64,000 bases of DNA from an uncultured Candidatus Saccharibacteria bacterium (lineage in GTDB: Bacteria; Patescibacteriota; Minisyncoccia; Phycocordibacterales; UBA12088). Where the stretch lies: assembly GCA_964409035.1 (NCBI GenBank), contig CAYPBQ010000003.1, positions 105,530 through 169,529 of the forward strand, in the 5' to 3' direction. Positions 1 to 8,899 of the stretch are shown here, piece after piece (the first letter of the stretch is position 1; every line of letters begins with the position of its first letter). Both the position numbers and the translations under genes were made by a program. Below the pieces are notes generated by a model. It did not search any database, was not told the origin of the DNA, and worked only from the letters and a program-made list of their open reading frames with translations.

Positions 1-2
1 TT

Positions 3-209
3 TGCTATCAGAAATACCCAGAAGCAATTTCACTCGACAACTTGGTGGACTGGACAGAGTACACAAATAAAAATAAAGGAGTCCTCCGTAAACAATTGGA
101 AGGTCTTAATAAAGCCAGCATCATTGATTTTAGAAATGACTCTGCCCAACTAACAAGAAAAGGTGTCGAATGGGTTGAGAAGAACATATCTTTTGAACTC
201 CAAGTATAA
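3..209 (+). CDS. 3' end of a hypothetical protein, probable C-terminal winged helix (partial)
   Basis: Open frame from the window edge, CYQKYPEAISLDNLVDW...AQLTRKGVEWVEKNISFELQV*; the LTxKG ending is typical of wHTH domains. Confidence 0.5.
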   Translation, partial: CYQKYPEAISLDNLVDWTEYTNKNKGVLRKQLEGLNKASIIDFRNDSAQLTRKGVEWVEKNISFELQV

Positions 210-232
210 GAGGTATAGATTACGACAGTAAG

Positions 233-616
233 TTACGATATAGAAATTTTGCCACTCTTCAAGACTAGTTCACTACTTACACACTCCAATACTGATCTCT
301 GCTCTAATACTGTTCCGTCACGCAGCACGAATTTGGCGTAATCTCTTAGATCAATCGGCTCAATCTTCTCGGTCTTTTTCGTTCCAAGAAACATTGCTTG
401 AAGTTTTTTGAATTTTTGGATCTCGCTGTTTAGTTTGGCTGTTAACTTTACCTTATCAAGACTTAGAGTATCGGCCATTTTCAGTAATGCTTCAATGAGC
501 CCTGTTTCGTTGAGAGCGGGGTTCTTGCAGTTCCTGTCTTTGGACTTAGTACAGCGATAATAGACGTGACGGTTCACTCCTCCATTGAGAAGCTTTTTGA
601 ATTTTTCATCGGCTGT
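233..616 (-). pseudogene. C-terminal remnant of a large serine recombinase (zinc-ribbon region)
   Basis: TADEKFKKLLNGGVNRHVYYRCTKSKDRNCKNP resembles the recombinase Zn-ribbon YYRC motif; the catalytic N-terminus and first CxxC are absent and the sequence upstream of about 617 is unrelated. Confidence 0.7.
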
Positions 617-706
617 TTCAGCCACGACAGTCAGGCCGAGGAGTTCCTCTGGTACTACGTCGAGGCCGTTACCGGCGAGAAGGAAGTGCACCAGAAGGTG
701 TACTGA
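617..706 (+). pseudogene. Orphan 3' end of a GC3-rich gene
   Basis: FSHDSQAEEFLWYYVEAVTGEKEVHQKVY* with mostly G/C third positions, followed by a terminator; no 5' part. Confidence 0.45.
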
Positions 707-732
707 TACCGGTTGAGGTGTCGTGTGATTTG

Positions 733-776
733 GAGGTGTGTGTGGAGAAATCCGCATGCACCTCTTTTGTTTTTTG
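733..776 (+). terminator. Intrinsic terminator
   Basis: gaggtgtgtgtgga-gaaa-tccgcatgcacctc stem (with G-U pairs) followed by ttttgtttttt. Confidence 0.7.
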
Positions 777-797
777 TTATGCGCTATCGTGTTTTGT

Positions 798-950
798 CTA
801 TTTCAGTGGATTTTCACCGCGAATCACCCTAATGAGTACTACAATAATTGCAATAACTAGTAATACGTGGACAAACCCTCCAACGGTATACGAGGTAACC
901 ATACCTAAAAGCCATAGTACAACAAGAACAGCGGCAACAGTTGTTAGCAT
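798..950 (-). CDS. lmo0937/DUF5670-family small membrane protein (50 aa, not in ORF track)
   Basis: MLTTVAAVLVVLWLLGMVTSYTVGGFVHVLLVIAIIVVLIRVIRGENPLK matches the LWLLG..GG.IH.LLVIA pattern. Confidence 0.8.
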   Translation of the reverse strand: MLTTVAAVLVVLWLLGMVTSYTVGGFVHVLLVIAIIVVLIRVIRGENPLK

Positions 951-1143
951 GTGTGGGGGTTAGAATGAATCAAATAATGTTCGACTCATCGCTCATTGTG
1001 AGACGATACAATCACATTGTCTCACCCCACACAAGGAGCGCAAGGTGTATTCAAAGAATACATGCTGCTATGAAGAAAAAGTATAACCATGCATGTAATG
1101 GTATAAAAAAGAGTGCCCTTGCGGGCACGTAACTGGGAGTGGC

Positions 1144-1581
1144 TCAACTTTTTTCATACAATGGAATTGGTGGTCCTAAATCAAGCCCTAGTAGCTTTGA
1201 GGTAAGGATTCTCTTGTAAGCTCCTACTGGAGTCTTGTCATTTCGGAGATGAATCATGATTACATCCCCTGGCTTGAAGTGGTGAGCAAAAAGATATGGC
1301 CAGAATTGGTTTCTAACTTCACCTTTTCCAGAGAATATTGATTTTTCGAGTTCAATAAATGTGACTTGTTCTTGTGGTGGTACTACAATTCTCCCACTTG
1401 TATAAAGTTTACCTTCTCTATGAATAGTTACTTCTTCACCATTAATACCTGATGGTGAGTGTATTTGCTCAGACGTAATTTCAAGCATAGTTCCATGATG
1501 ATCATGCAGGACAATAACAAATCTATTGCCCCTAGGTGTCGAAATTACTTTAATTTCGAAGATGGCTGATGCATTCTTCAC
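1144..1581 (-). CDS. Hypothetical protein
   Basis: 145-aa ORF, GTG start preceded by a strong SD (AAGGAGG). Confidence 0.65.
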   Translation of the reverse strand: MKNASAIFEIKVISTPRGNRFVIVLHDHHGTMLEITSEQIHSPSGINGEEVTIHREGKLYTSGRIVVPPQEQVTFIELEKSIFSGKGEVRNQFWPYLFAHHFKPGDVIMIHLRNDKTPVGAYKRILTSKLLGLDLGPPIPLYEKS

Positions 1582-1691
1582 GGTAACCCTCCTTGGCTAA
1601 CTTTTACAAATATGCATATAAAAATTGCGTATGTCAATGCAGCCCACGGTGTCTCCGGCACCGTCTCTCTTTGTGATAGAATGTACACACT

Positions 1692-2123
1692 ATGGAAATA
1701 AAAAATAATATGTATGTAGTGGGTGGAGGGATGCTTGTGGTGGGGCTGCTGCTTGGTGGTCTTTTTACATCATGCATGTCAAAGGGTAAGTGGCATATGA
1801 TGGATAAGGATTCAGGAATGTACCGTGAGCATTCAATGCGTGGTGATATGCGAGAGAATGAGACGATGCATAGCACAATGGAGGGTATGATGCACACTCT
1901 AGAGGGTAAGACAGGTGCCGAGCTAGAAAAAGCATTTTTGGAAGAGATGATTGTGCACCATGAGGGAGCGGTGAGTATGGCAGAGGCGCTTATTGCGGGT
2001 ACTACACGCACAGAGCTACTTACACTAGGGAGAGAAATAATTAGCGCGCAAGTGGGGGAAATTGATCAAATGAAGAAGTGGCTGAATGAATGGTTTCCTA
2101 CAGAATCGACCACTCAGCAATAA
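1692..2123 (+). CDS. DUF305 (ferritin-like, CopM-related) Met/His-rich exported protein
   Basis: N-terminal TM, Met/His-rich linker, FLEEMIVHHEGAVSMA and AQxxEIxQMxxW motifs. Confidence 0.85.
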   Translation: MEIKNNMYVVGGGMLVVGLLLGGLFTSCMSKGKWHMMDKDSGMYREHSMRGDMRENETMHSTMEGMMHTLEGKTGAELEKAFLEEMIVHHEGAVSMAEALIAGTTRTELLTLGREIISAQVGEIDQMKKWLNEWFPTESTTQQ

Positions 2124-2146
2124 CTACTTGTCATAGGCTATAGAGG

Positions 2147-3310
2147 ATGTATGGTTACAATATGAATCGATACGTGCTATTAGTATTGTCTTTGATGTGT
2201 AGCGCTAGCGCCATTTTGCTTGCGCCAACTATTTCTGTGTCTGCTCAAATTCTTGATAACAGCTATCAAGGGGTGTGGAGGGCAAAGGTAACTGACATCA
2301 TCGACTCACAGGTAAGGACTATACCTGGTACAGATGCAACACAGCTATATCAAACAATTGAGGCAGAGGTCCTTGAGGGACCAAAAGAGGGTGATGTTAT
2401 ACGTATAGAAAATGATTATCTTGAATTAGACAAAGGAGATGCATTTTACTTTAACTACTCACAGTATCCCGATGGTACTGAAGGGTATGGGGTGATAAGT
2501 ATTGATAGAAGACTATCATTATTTGTCCTCGTGATGGTGTTTGTAGTTGCCATAATACTTTTTAGTGGATGGCAGGGGGTGCGGTCGCTTGTCGCGCTTG
2601 GGGGCAGTTTCTTGGGTATTTTCTATATTCTCATGCCGGGCATACTCAAGGGATGGGATCCTGTAGTCACAAGTGTGCTTGTGGCATCAGGCATACTCTT
2701 TGCGGCGATATTCTTTACCCACGGATTTAATAGGGAGTCGCTTGTTGCGTATGGCGGTACTATGCTTGCGGTGCTGCTCACAGGATTATTTGCTCTTGTG
2801 TCAGTCACGGGTACTGATCTTTCTGGATTTGCCTCTGAAGCATCGACATACCTTAACTTTAATACTCGAGGATCAATAGATTTTACCTCGCTATTACTTG
2901 GCGCGATTATCTTAGGAGTGCTTGGGGTGCTAGATGATATTGCGGTTACGCAAGCTGCGGTAGTTACCGAGCTGTTTAGGAGTAATCCATCACTCACTAG
3001 AAAGGAGGTGTATATGCGTGCAATGAGGGTGGGGCGTGGCCACGTGGCGGCTCTTGTTAATACGCTCGTACTAGCATACGCTGGCGCGTCACTACCGCTG
3101 TTACTCCATGCCTATATGGCATCATCAAGTGTTGCGATGGCAATAAATAGTGAAATATTTGCAACTGAAATTGTCCGCGCGGTAGTGGGTAGTATGGGGC
3201 TACTATTTGCAGTCCCTATTGTTACCTTTTTTGGTGTGTTGTATTTGAGAAATTATGTACCAGCAGGCGGTCATGTGCATGCGGGGCATTCACACGGTCA
3301 TCATCATTAA
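2147..3310 (+). CDS. YibE/F family membrane protein with His-rich tail
   Basis: LGVLDDIAVTQ, VNTLVLAYAGASLP and EIVRAVVGSMG motifs; ends HVHAGHSHGHHH. Confidence 0.85.
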   Translation: MYGYNMNRYVLLVLSLMCSASAILLAPTISVSAQILDNSYQGVWRAKVTDIIDSQVRTIPGTDATQLYQTIEAEVLEGPKEGDVIRIENDYLELDKGDAFYFNYSQYPDGTEGYGVISIDRRLSLFVLVMVFVVAIILFSGWQGVRSLVALGGSFLGIFYILMPGILKGWDPVVTSVLVASGILFAAIFFTHGFNRESLVAYGGTMLAVLLTGLFALVSVTGTDLSGFASEASTYLNFNTRGSIDFTSLLLGAIILGVLGVLDDIAVTQAAVVTELFRSNPSLTRKEVYMRAMRVGRGHVAALVNTLVLAYAGASLPLLLHAYMASSSVAMAINSEIFATEIVRAVVGSMGLLFAVPIVTFFGVLYLRNYVPAGGHVHAGHSHGHHH

Positions 3311-3328
3311 GATGTTTGATATACATAG

Positions 3329-3355
3329 AGAAGCCGGCGCTACGCGCCGGCTTCT
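3329..3355. terminator. GC-rich hairpin between convergent genes
   Basis: agaagccggcgc-tac-gcgccggcttct. Confidence 0.6.
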
Positions 3356-3588
3356 TCTTCATCGATACCTTCAATATCACTCCTCTTTCTCCAGCAATTA
3401 GGGTCACTTACAGGTCGTCTCGCCCTTGTTTCTGACGGTACCTGCTTTTTCTTTCTTTGTGCCGCAAGATAATTTAGCGCCACCCGCCCGTGTTGGGTGT
3501 TAAGCGCTTCGCTAGGTTTGAGTATTCCTTGAGTTACTTCCTGCATTGCAAGAAAGACGCGTCCCATGTGTGACATATTGCACCCCAA
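3340..3588 (-). CDS. Small hypothetical protein
   Basis: About 80-aa ORF filling the gap; no recognisable motif. Confidence 0.4.
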   Translation of the reverse strand: MGCNMSHMGRVFLAMQEVTQGILKPSEALNTQHGRVALNYLAAQRKKKQVPSETRARRPVSDPNCWRKRSDIEGIDEEEAGA

Positions 3589-3638
3589 GTGTTGTCGCTA
3601 ACTTTTTTATACAACAATAGTATGTAACTAGTCAAGTG

Positions 3639-4088
3639 CTAGAGAAATAGCTCGGTAACCACATCACGTACATCAGCTCCGTCTGCTTTCCCTTGAAGCT
3701 CTTTCATAATTGCACCCATGAGCATACCCATTTGCGCCTTGTCTGTTACTCCCATCTCATCGCGCTTTTGTATCGCTACTTTGAGTATGTCTGCTTTGCT
3801 CATTGATTCAGGAAGATAGGCTTCAAGGACATGTAGCTCACCTCGTTCTCCTTCAGCAAGATCAGGCCTATTTGCCTTGGTGTATTGCTCAATTGAATCT
3901 TTTCGTTGTTTTACCAATCGCTTGATTACTACCATGGTGTCCTCATCTGATAGTACATCGCGTGGTGTTTTACCCTTAGCAACTAATTCGTTAGTGCAGG
4001 CAGTAATAAGTCCTCGTAATACGGTAAGGCGAGGCTCCTCCTTTGCTTTCATTGCCTCTTTTAAGTCGCTTCGTAGTTGTTCTTGCAT
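3639..4088 (-). CDS. yqeY: GatB/YqeY domain protein
   Basis: DLKEAMKAK, KQRKDSIEQY, MGMLMGAIMK and GKADG motifs; start reassigned to MQEQL. Confidence 0.9.
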   Translation of the reverse strand: MQEQLRSDLKEAMKAKEEPRLTVLRGLITACTNELVAKGKTPRDVLSDEDTMVVIKRLVKQRKDSIEQYTKANRPDLAEGERGELHVLEAYLPESMSKADILKVAIQKRDEMGVTDKAQMGMLMGAIMKELQGKADGADVRDVVTELFL

Positions 4089-4144
4089 ATAAAGAGCATA
4101 CACCGTGGATGATTGCTTTTCAATATAACGGTATACTTTAACCA

Positions 4145-6820
4145 ATGATGAATGAACAAAAAAAATACTGCAGTGAATCCATAGATTCATTACTACTTAC
4201 CTTTGGTACAGATCCAAAAAATGGTTTACCCGCAAGAGATATTCCACATAAACGCGCGGCAGTAGGATTTAATGAATTAAAAAAGGACCAAGAAGAGTAT
4301 CTTGGTGATAAGGTATTACGCCAAGCAAAAAATCCTCTCATTATTATTCTCATACTTGCTGGTATCGCAACATTGCTCCTCGATGAGATTGTTGATGCAA
4401 TAGTCATATTTGCTGCATTCATCATCAATATCACCATTGGTGTTTTTCAAGAGGAGCGGGCATCAAGAGCATTTGAAAAATTAAACGACTCTCAAGAAAA
4501 ATTTGCAACGGTAATCCGCTCTGGGGTAAAAACAAGAGTCCCATCACGTGAATTAGTACCAGGTGATTTGGTAGTTATTGAGGCAGGAGCATATGTTCCT
4601 GCTGATATGCGTCTTATTGAAACAAAAAATTTAAACCTCAATGAAGCAGCGCTCACTGGTGAGTGGGTAGAGGTGCAAAAGCGAATTGGGCAAGTACATG
4701 AAGATGCTCCGCTAACCGAGCAAATAAATATGGCGTGGATGGGTACACTTGTTACCTCAGGGTATGGGCACGGCATTGTGGTAGCAACTGGCAACACCAC
4801 GCAGGTGGGGCATATCGCAAGTAATTTAGGTAGAGAAGCATCGCGCCAGACACCGCTTCAGGCAAGTATAGGCAGGGTAGCTAAGTTTCTTATTCTGGTG
4901 ATATGTGTCGGTATCACGGTTATTTTTTTCCTCGGATTACTGCGAGGCGAGTCAATGAGCGCAATGCTACTTATTGCTATTGCGATAGCGGTTTCTGCTA
5001 TGCCGCAGGGGTTACCTGCTGCGGTTACGGTGGTACTAGCCCTTGGTATGGAGGGCTTACTCAAGCAGGGAGGGTTGGTGCGTAGTCTTCTTGCGGCAGA
5101 AACACTTGGCGCAACCACTATCGTCCTTACAGACAAAACCGGCACTCTCACCGAAGCAAAAATGGAGCTTTCAGAAAAAGTAGTATCACTCAATAGACGC
5201 GCATCAGATAAGCGAGCGGTAGAGATGGACGCTCGTGAATTGTTGCGATCAGCGGTTATGGCGTCTGATGCATTTGTAGTGAAGAGAGATGATACTGATA
5301 TCGTGGTAGAAGGGCGACCGATTGAAAAGGCGATTATACTCTCAGGCCTTACCGACGGACTTTCACAAGAAAATCTTTTTGCAAAAGAAAAATTGCTTGA
5401 CCTACTCAAATTTGAATCTTCACGTAGGTATAGCGTGTCACTATATCAAACCTTGGGAGACGAGCGTCACGGCAAAATGTATGTAAGCGGCGCGCCAGAG
5501 GTGCTGCTAGAATCTGCTAATCGTCTGCATGAAAATGGAGTAGGAAGAGAAATGCGTGAGGATGATCGCATATTTTTTAATCACGAATTAAGCGTACGCA
5601 GTAGTAAGGGTATGCGCGTTATTGCGGTGGGATATATAGAAACCGCAAGAAAGCAAATACAAGAGCACTTTGCTATTCCTTCAGATGATTTTGTCTTTTT
5701 GGGATTATTAGTATTTGTTGATCCAATTAGGGATGATGCAAAAGCATCAATGGCAGAGGTGCAAGAAGCAGGGGTGCGGGTGCTTATGGTTACAGGCGAC
5801 AATGCAGGTACCGCAGGGCATATAGCAGAAGAAGTTGGTATACGTGGCGCAGCTGCAGGGGCGATAACTGGCGCGCAGATTGATACAATGAGTGATACAG
5901 AACTATATGCTGCGCTTAAAAAGTATTCAGTCATCGCGCGTGTAGTACCAGAGCAAAAACTTCGCATTGCTCGTGTATTTAAGAATAATGGGGAAGTGGT
6001 AGCAATGACGGGTGACGGCATCAATGATGCACCGGCTTTGCGTACTGCTGACATTGGTATTGCAATAGGTAGTGGTACTGAGGTGGCAAAGGAAGCCTCT
6101 GACATCGTACTTCTCAACAATAGCTTTGCGATTATTGTTGCCGCAATACGCACCGGAAGAAAAATAGTGGATAACATAAAAAAGATTGTTGCGTATCTCC
6201 TTTCGACAAGTTTCAGCTCACTTACCATTGTATCTGCGGCGGTTATTGTTGGTACACCCCTCCCCATTTTGCCCTCACAAATACTTTGGGCAAATATTGT
6301 AGAAGAGGGTCTCATGAGCTTTGCATTTGCGTTTGAGCCTGAGGAGAAGGGGATTATGCAGCGATCACCACGTGATTCTTCAGCAAAGCAGATTCTAACA
6401 AGAGAGCTTACCAGTCTTATCGTTATTGTTGCGGTTATTACGGGTGCATTACTTATCGTGCTCTACTTCTGGCTCCTCAAATCAGGACTTCCAATAGAAG
6501 AAATCCGAACAATCATGTTTGTTTCTCTCACGCTTGATTCTATTTTCTTCTCATTCTCACTCAAAAATCTCAATGTACCTCTGTGGCGCATCAGCTTCTT
6601 TGATAACCGTTTTCTTATCGGAGCACTTAGCATAAGTGTCCTTACTCTTGTAGCGGCACTTACCTTCAAGCCGCTACAGTCACTTCTCTCACTTACCCCA
6701 CTAACCTTGGGCGAATTAGGACTCCTTGCGGTTGTAGGTGTAATAAATCTAGTTGCAATAGAGATTGTAAAGTACGCATTTTTCAGCAAAAATCGCGCTT
6801 CAGCGCTACTTCCTTTATAA
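4145..6820 (+). CDS. P-type ATPase, type II-like cation transporter
   Basis: DKTGT phosphorylation site, LTGE, MVTGD, GDGINDAPAL, multiple TM helices. Confidence 0.93.
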   Translation: MMNEQKKYCSESIDSLLLTFGTDPKNGLPARDIPHKRAAVGFNELKKDQEEYLGDKVLRQAKNPLIIILILAGIATLLLDEIVDAIVIFAAFIINITIGVFQEERASRAFEKLNDSQEKFATVIRSGVKTRVPSRELVPGDLVVIEAGAYVPADMRLIETKNLNLNEAALTGEWVEVQKRIGQVHEDAPLTEQINMAWMGTLVTSGYGHGIVVATGNTTQVGHIASNLGREASRQTPLQASIGRVAKFLILVICVGITVIFFLGLLRGESMSAMLLIAIAIAVSAMPQGLPAAVTVVLALGMEGLLKQGGLVRSLLAAETLGATTIVLTDKTGTLTEAKMELSEKVVSLNRRASDKRAVEMDARELLRSAVMASDAFVVKRDDTDIVVEGRPIEKAIILSGLTDGLSQENLFAKEKLLDLLKFESSRRYSVSLYQTLGDERHGKMYVSGAPEVLLESANRLHENGVGREMREDDRIFFNHELSVRSSKGMRVIAVGYIETARKQIQEHFAIPSDDFVFLGLLVFVDPIRDDAKASMAEVQEAGVRVLMVTGDNAGTAGHIAEEVGIRGAAAGAITGAQIDTMSDTELYAALKKYSVIARVVPEQKLRIARVFKNNGEVVAMTGDGINDAPALRTADIGIAIGSGTEVAKEASDIVLLNNSFAIIVAAIRTGRKIVDNIKKIVAYLLSTSFSSLTIVSAAVIVGTPLPILPSQILWANIVEEGLMSFAFAFEPEEKGIMQRSPRDSSAKQILTRELTSLIVIVAVITGALLIVLYFWLLKSGLPIEEIRTIMFVSLTLDSIFFSFSLKNLNVPLWRISFFDNRFLIGALSISVLTLVAALTFKPLQSLLSLTPLTLGELGLLAVVGVINLVAIEIVKYAFFSKNRASALLPL

Positions 6821-6827
6821 TGCGTAT

Positions 6828-7880
6828 ATGGAGTATTCAACTATCGGTCTTATTGTATTAGCGCTCATAAATGTCGCGGTACTTATAGTGGTGGTGATTA
6901 TAGCGCGCTCACGTGGTACTGATACCACAGATGGTAGCTTTGTTATGTTACAAAATCAGCTACACGATTTAGCTCGCTCTATCAATGATAGACTTGGCTC
7001 TTCAACAAAAGAGCTGCATGAATCACTAAGAACGCAATTAGGGGAGAGTAATCGTATTGTGCGTGAGGTAACCGAGGGACTTACCAAGTTAGACGAAACT
7101 AACAAGCAGGTGGTTGGATTTGCTGATCAACTACAACACCTTCAAGATATACTCAAAAATCCAAAGCAGCGCGGTGTACTAGGTGAGTATTATCTTGAAT
7201 CTGTTCTTCAGAATGTGCTACCACCCAAATCATTTGTGATGCAATACGCATTCACCAATGGCGAAATAGTTGATGCAATAGTCTTTGTGAAAGACAAAAT
7301 AATTCCTATTGATTCAAAATTTTCTCTCGAAAACTACAACCGCATCCTTGAATCAAGGAGTGACGAGGAAAGAGATCGCTATGAAAAACTATTTAAACAA
7401 GACTTAAAAAATCGTATTGATGAGACATCAAAGTATATACGTCCCGAGGAGGACACCATGGATTTTGCGTTCATGTTTATTCCTTCAGAGGGGGTATATT
7501 ATGATCTACTCATAAATCAGGTAGGGGCGGTAAAGACAAACACTAGAGACCTTATAGAATACGCATTTGATAAAAAGGTGATTATTGTCTCTCCGACCTC
7601 ATTTCTAGCGTACTTGCAGACGGTGCTCCAAGGGCTACGCTCGCTCCATATAGAGGAGCAAGCTAAGGATATACAAAAGAGGGTAGGAGAGCTCGGAAAG
7701 CACCTTAAGGCATATGAAGACTTCTACCAAAAACTAGGAAATGCGCTATCAACCGTGGTTAACCATTACAATGCTGGCTCTAAGGAGCTAGGAAAAATTG
7801 ATAAGGATATATACCGTATTGATGGCACTCGCCCTGGGCTTGATGCACCCCTGCTTGAAAGGCCAAAAGAGGCTGAGTAG
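6828..7880 (+). CDS. rmuC: DNA recombination protein RmuC
   Basis: N-terminal TM, KQRGVLGE, IDSKF, FAFMFIPSEG, VSPTS. Confidence 0.92.
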   Translation: MEYSTIGLIVLALINVAVLIVVVIIARSRGTDTTDGSFVMLQNQLHDLARSINDRLGSSTKELHESLRTQLGESNRIVREVTEGLTKLDETNKQVVGFADQLQHLQDILKNPKQRGVLGEYYLESVLQNVLPPKSFVMQYAFTNGEIVDAIVFVKDKIIPIDSKFSLENYNRILESRSDEERDRYEKLFKQDLKNRIDETSKYIRPEEDTMDFAFMFIPSEGVYYDLLINQVGAVKTNTRDLIEYAFDKKVIIVSPTSFLAYLQTVLQGLRSLHIEEQAKDIQKRVGELGKHLKAYEDFYQKLGNALSTVVNHYNAGSKELGKIDKDIYRIDGTRPGLDAPLLERPKEAE

Positions 7881-7938
7881 AGGGCTATACGCTCATGTAC
7901 TTGCCTTTTTTTGCGCTTTTAGGTATAGTATCTCCACT

Positions 7939-8256
7939 ATGCATTTCGCAGTAATAGAAACAGGCGGAAAGCAATATAAAGTCGCTGAAGGCGATGTTGT
8001 TGCTATTGAAAAGGTAAATGAGCTTAAAGAAGGAGAAACAAAGCTCGTTTTCGACAAGGTACTACTGCGAGACGACGGCGCATCTACTACTGTTGGAAGC
8101 CCTTATATTGAAGGAGCTCTCGTTGAGGGGGTGCTTGAAGAAGAGGGTCTCGGCAAAAAGATTCACGTGATGAAGTTTAAGTCAAAATCAAACTACTTCA
8201 AAAACCGTGGCCACAGACAGCCATACATGAAGGTAAAGATTACCGCAATAAAGTAA
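7939..8256 (+). CDS. rplU: 50S ribosomal protein L21
   Basis: FAVIETGGKQYKV...GHRQPY; start reassigned to ATG 7939. Confidence 0.96.
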   Translation: MHFAVIETGGKQYKVAEGDVVAIEKVNELKEGETKLVFDKVLLRDDGASTTVGSPYIEGALVEGVLEEEGLGKKIHVMKFKSKSNYFKNRGHRQPYMKVKITAIK

Positions 8257-8286
8257 AAACTCGGCTTCGTGCCGAGTTTTTACTTT
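8250..8286. terminator. Bidirectional terminator (rplU/recR)
   Basis: aaagtaaaaactcggc-ttcgt-gccgagtttttacttt. Confidence 0.75.
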
Positions 8287-8888
8287 CTATTACTTAGCGC
8301 ATTTTTTATGGTGATAGGGTCTGCGTATTCTATCTCTGCTCCTGTTGAGAGGCCTCTTCCTAATCGTGTAATACGAAGTGATTTTCTCTCAATCTGCTCG
8401 TGGACTTGCTCCTCAATGTATAACGCCGTCTCTTCGCCGTCTGTGGTGGTAGAAAGAGCTAGGATAATTTCAGCGCCATTTGGCAGCTGCTCTACAACGC
8501 TCATGAGCTTTCTGATTTGTATTTTTTCAGCTGGATTCTTTTCAGTGAGGGTAATGAGCGCGCCAACTACAAAGTACTTACCTTGATAAATACCGCTCTT
8601 TTCTATAGTCTCAAGATCGACGTCCTTTTCAACTATCATGAGGGTATTCTCTCTTGTGGTGTCACTGCAAATAGCACAGCGTGTGTGCATTGATGTGCTA
8701 TTGAAAAGTCTTCTGCAATCATCACATTCATGCATGGCGCTTTTTATTTCAGAGAGTAGCCGTGAAAGGCGAGTGAGTGAGCTGCTTTCCTTGCGGATAA
8801 GATGCTCAACTATCCTGCGAGCTTGGCGAGTACCAATACCCGGAAGTCGCGAGAATTCAGATATAAGTTCATTAAAGTGTCCGCTCAT
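8280..8888 (-). CDS. recR: Recombination mediator RecR
   Basis: LPGIG HhH, CxxC..CxxC finger, DGEETA and GAEIEYAD Toprim motifs. Confidence 0.93.
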   Translation of the reverse strand: MSGHFNELISEFSRLPGIGTRQARRIVEHLIRKESSSLTRLSRLLSEIKSAMHECDDCRRLFNSTSMHTRCAICSDTTRENTLMIVEKDVDLETIEKSGIYQGKYFVVGALITLTEKNPAEKIQIRKLMSVVEQLPNGAEIILALSTTTDGEETALYIEEQVHEQIERKSLRITRLGRGLSTGAEIEYADPITIKNALSNRK

Positions 8889-8899
8889 ACAAGTACTCA

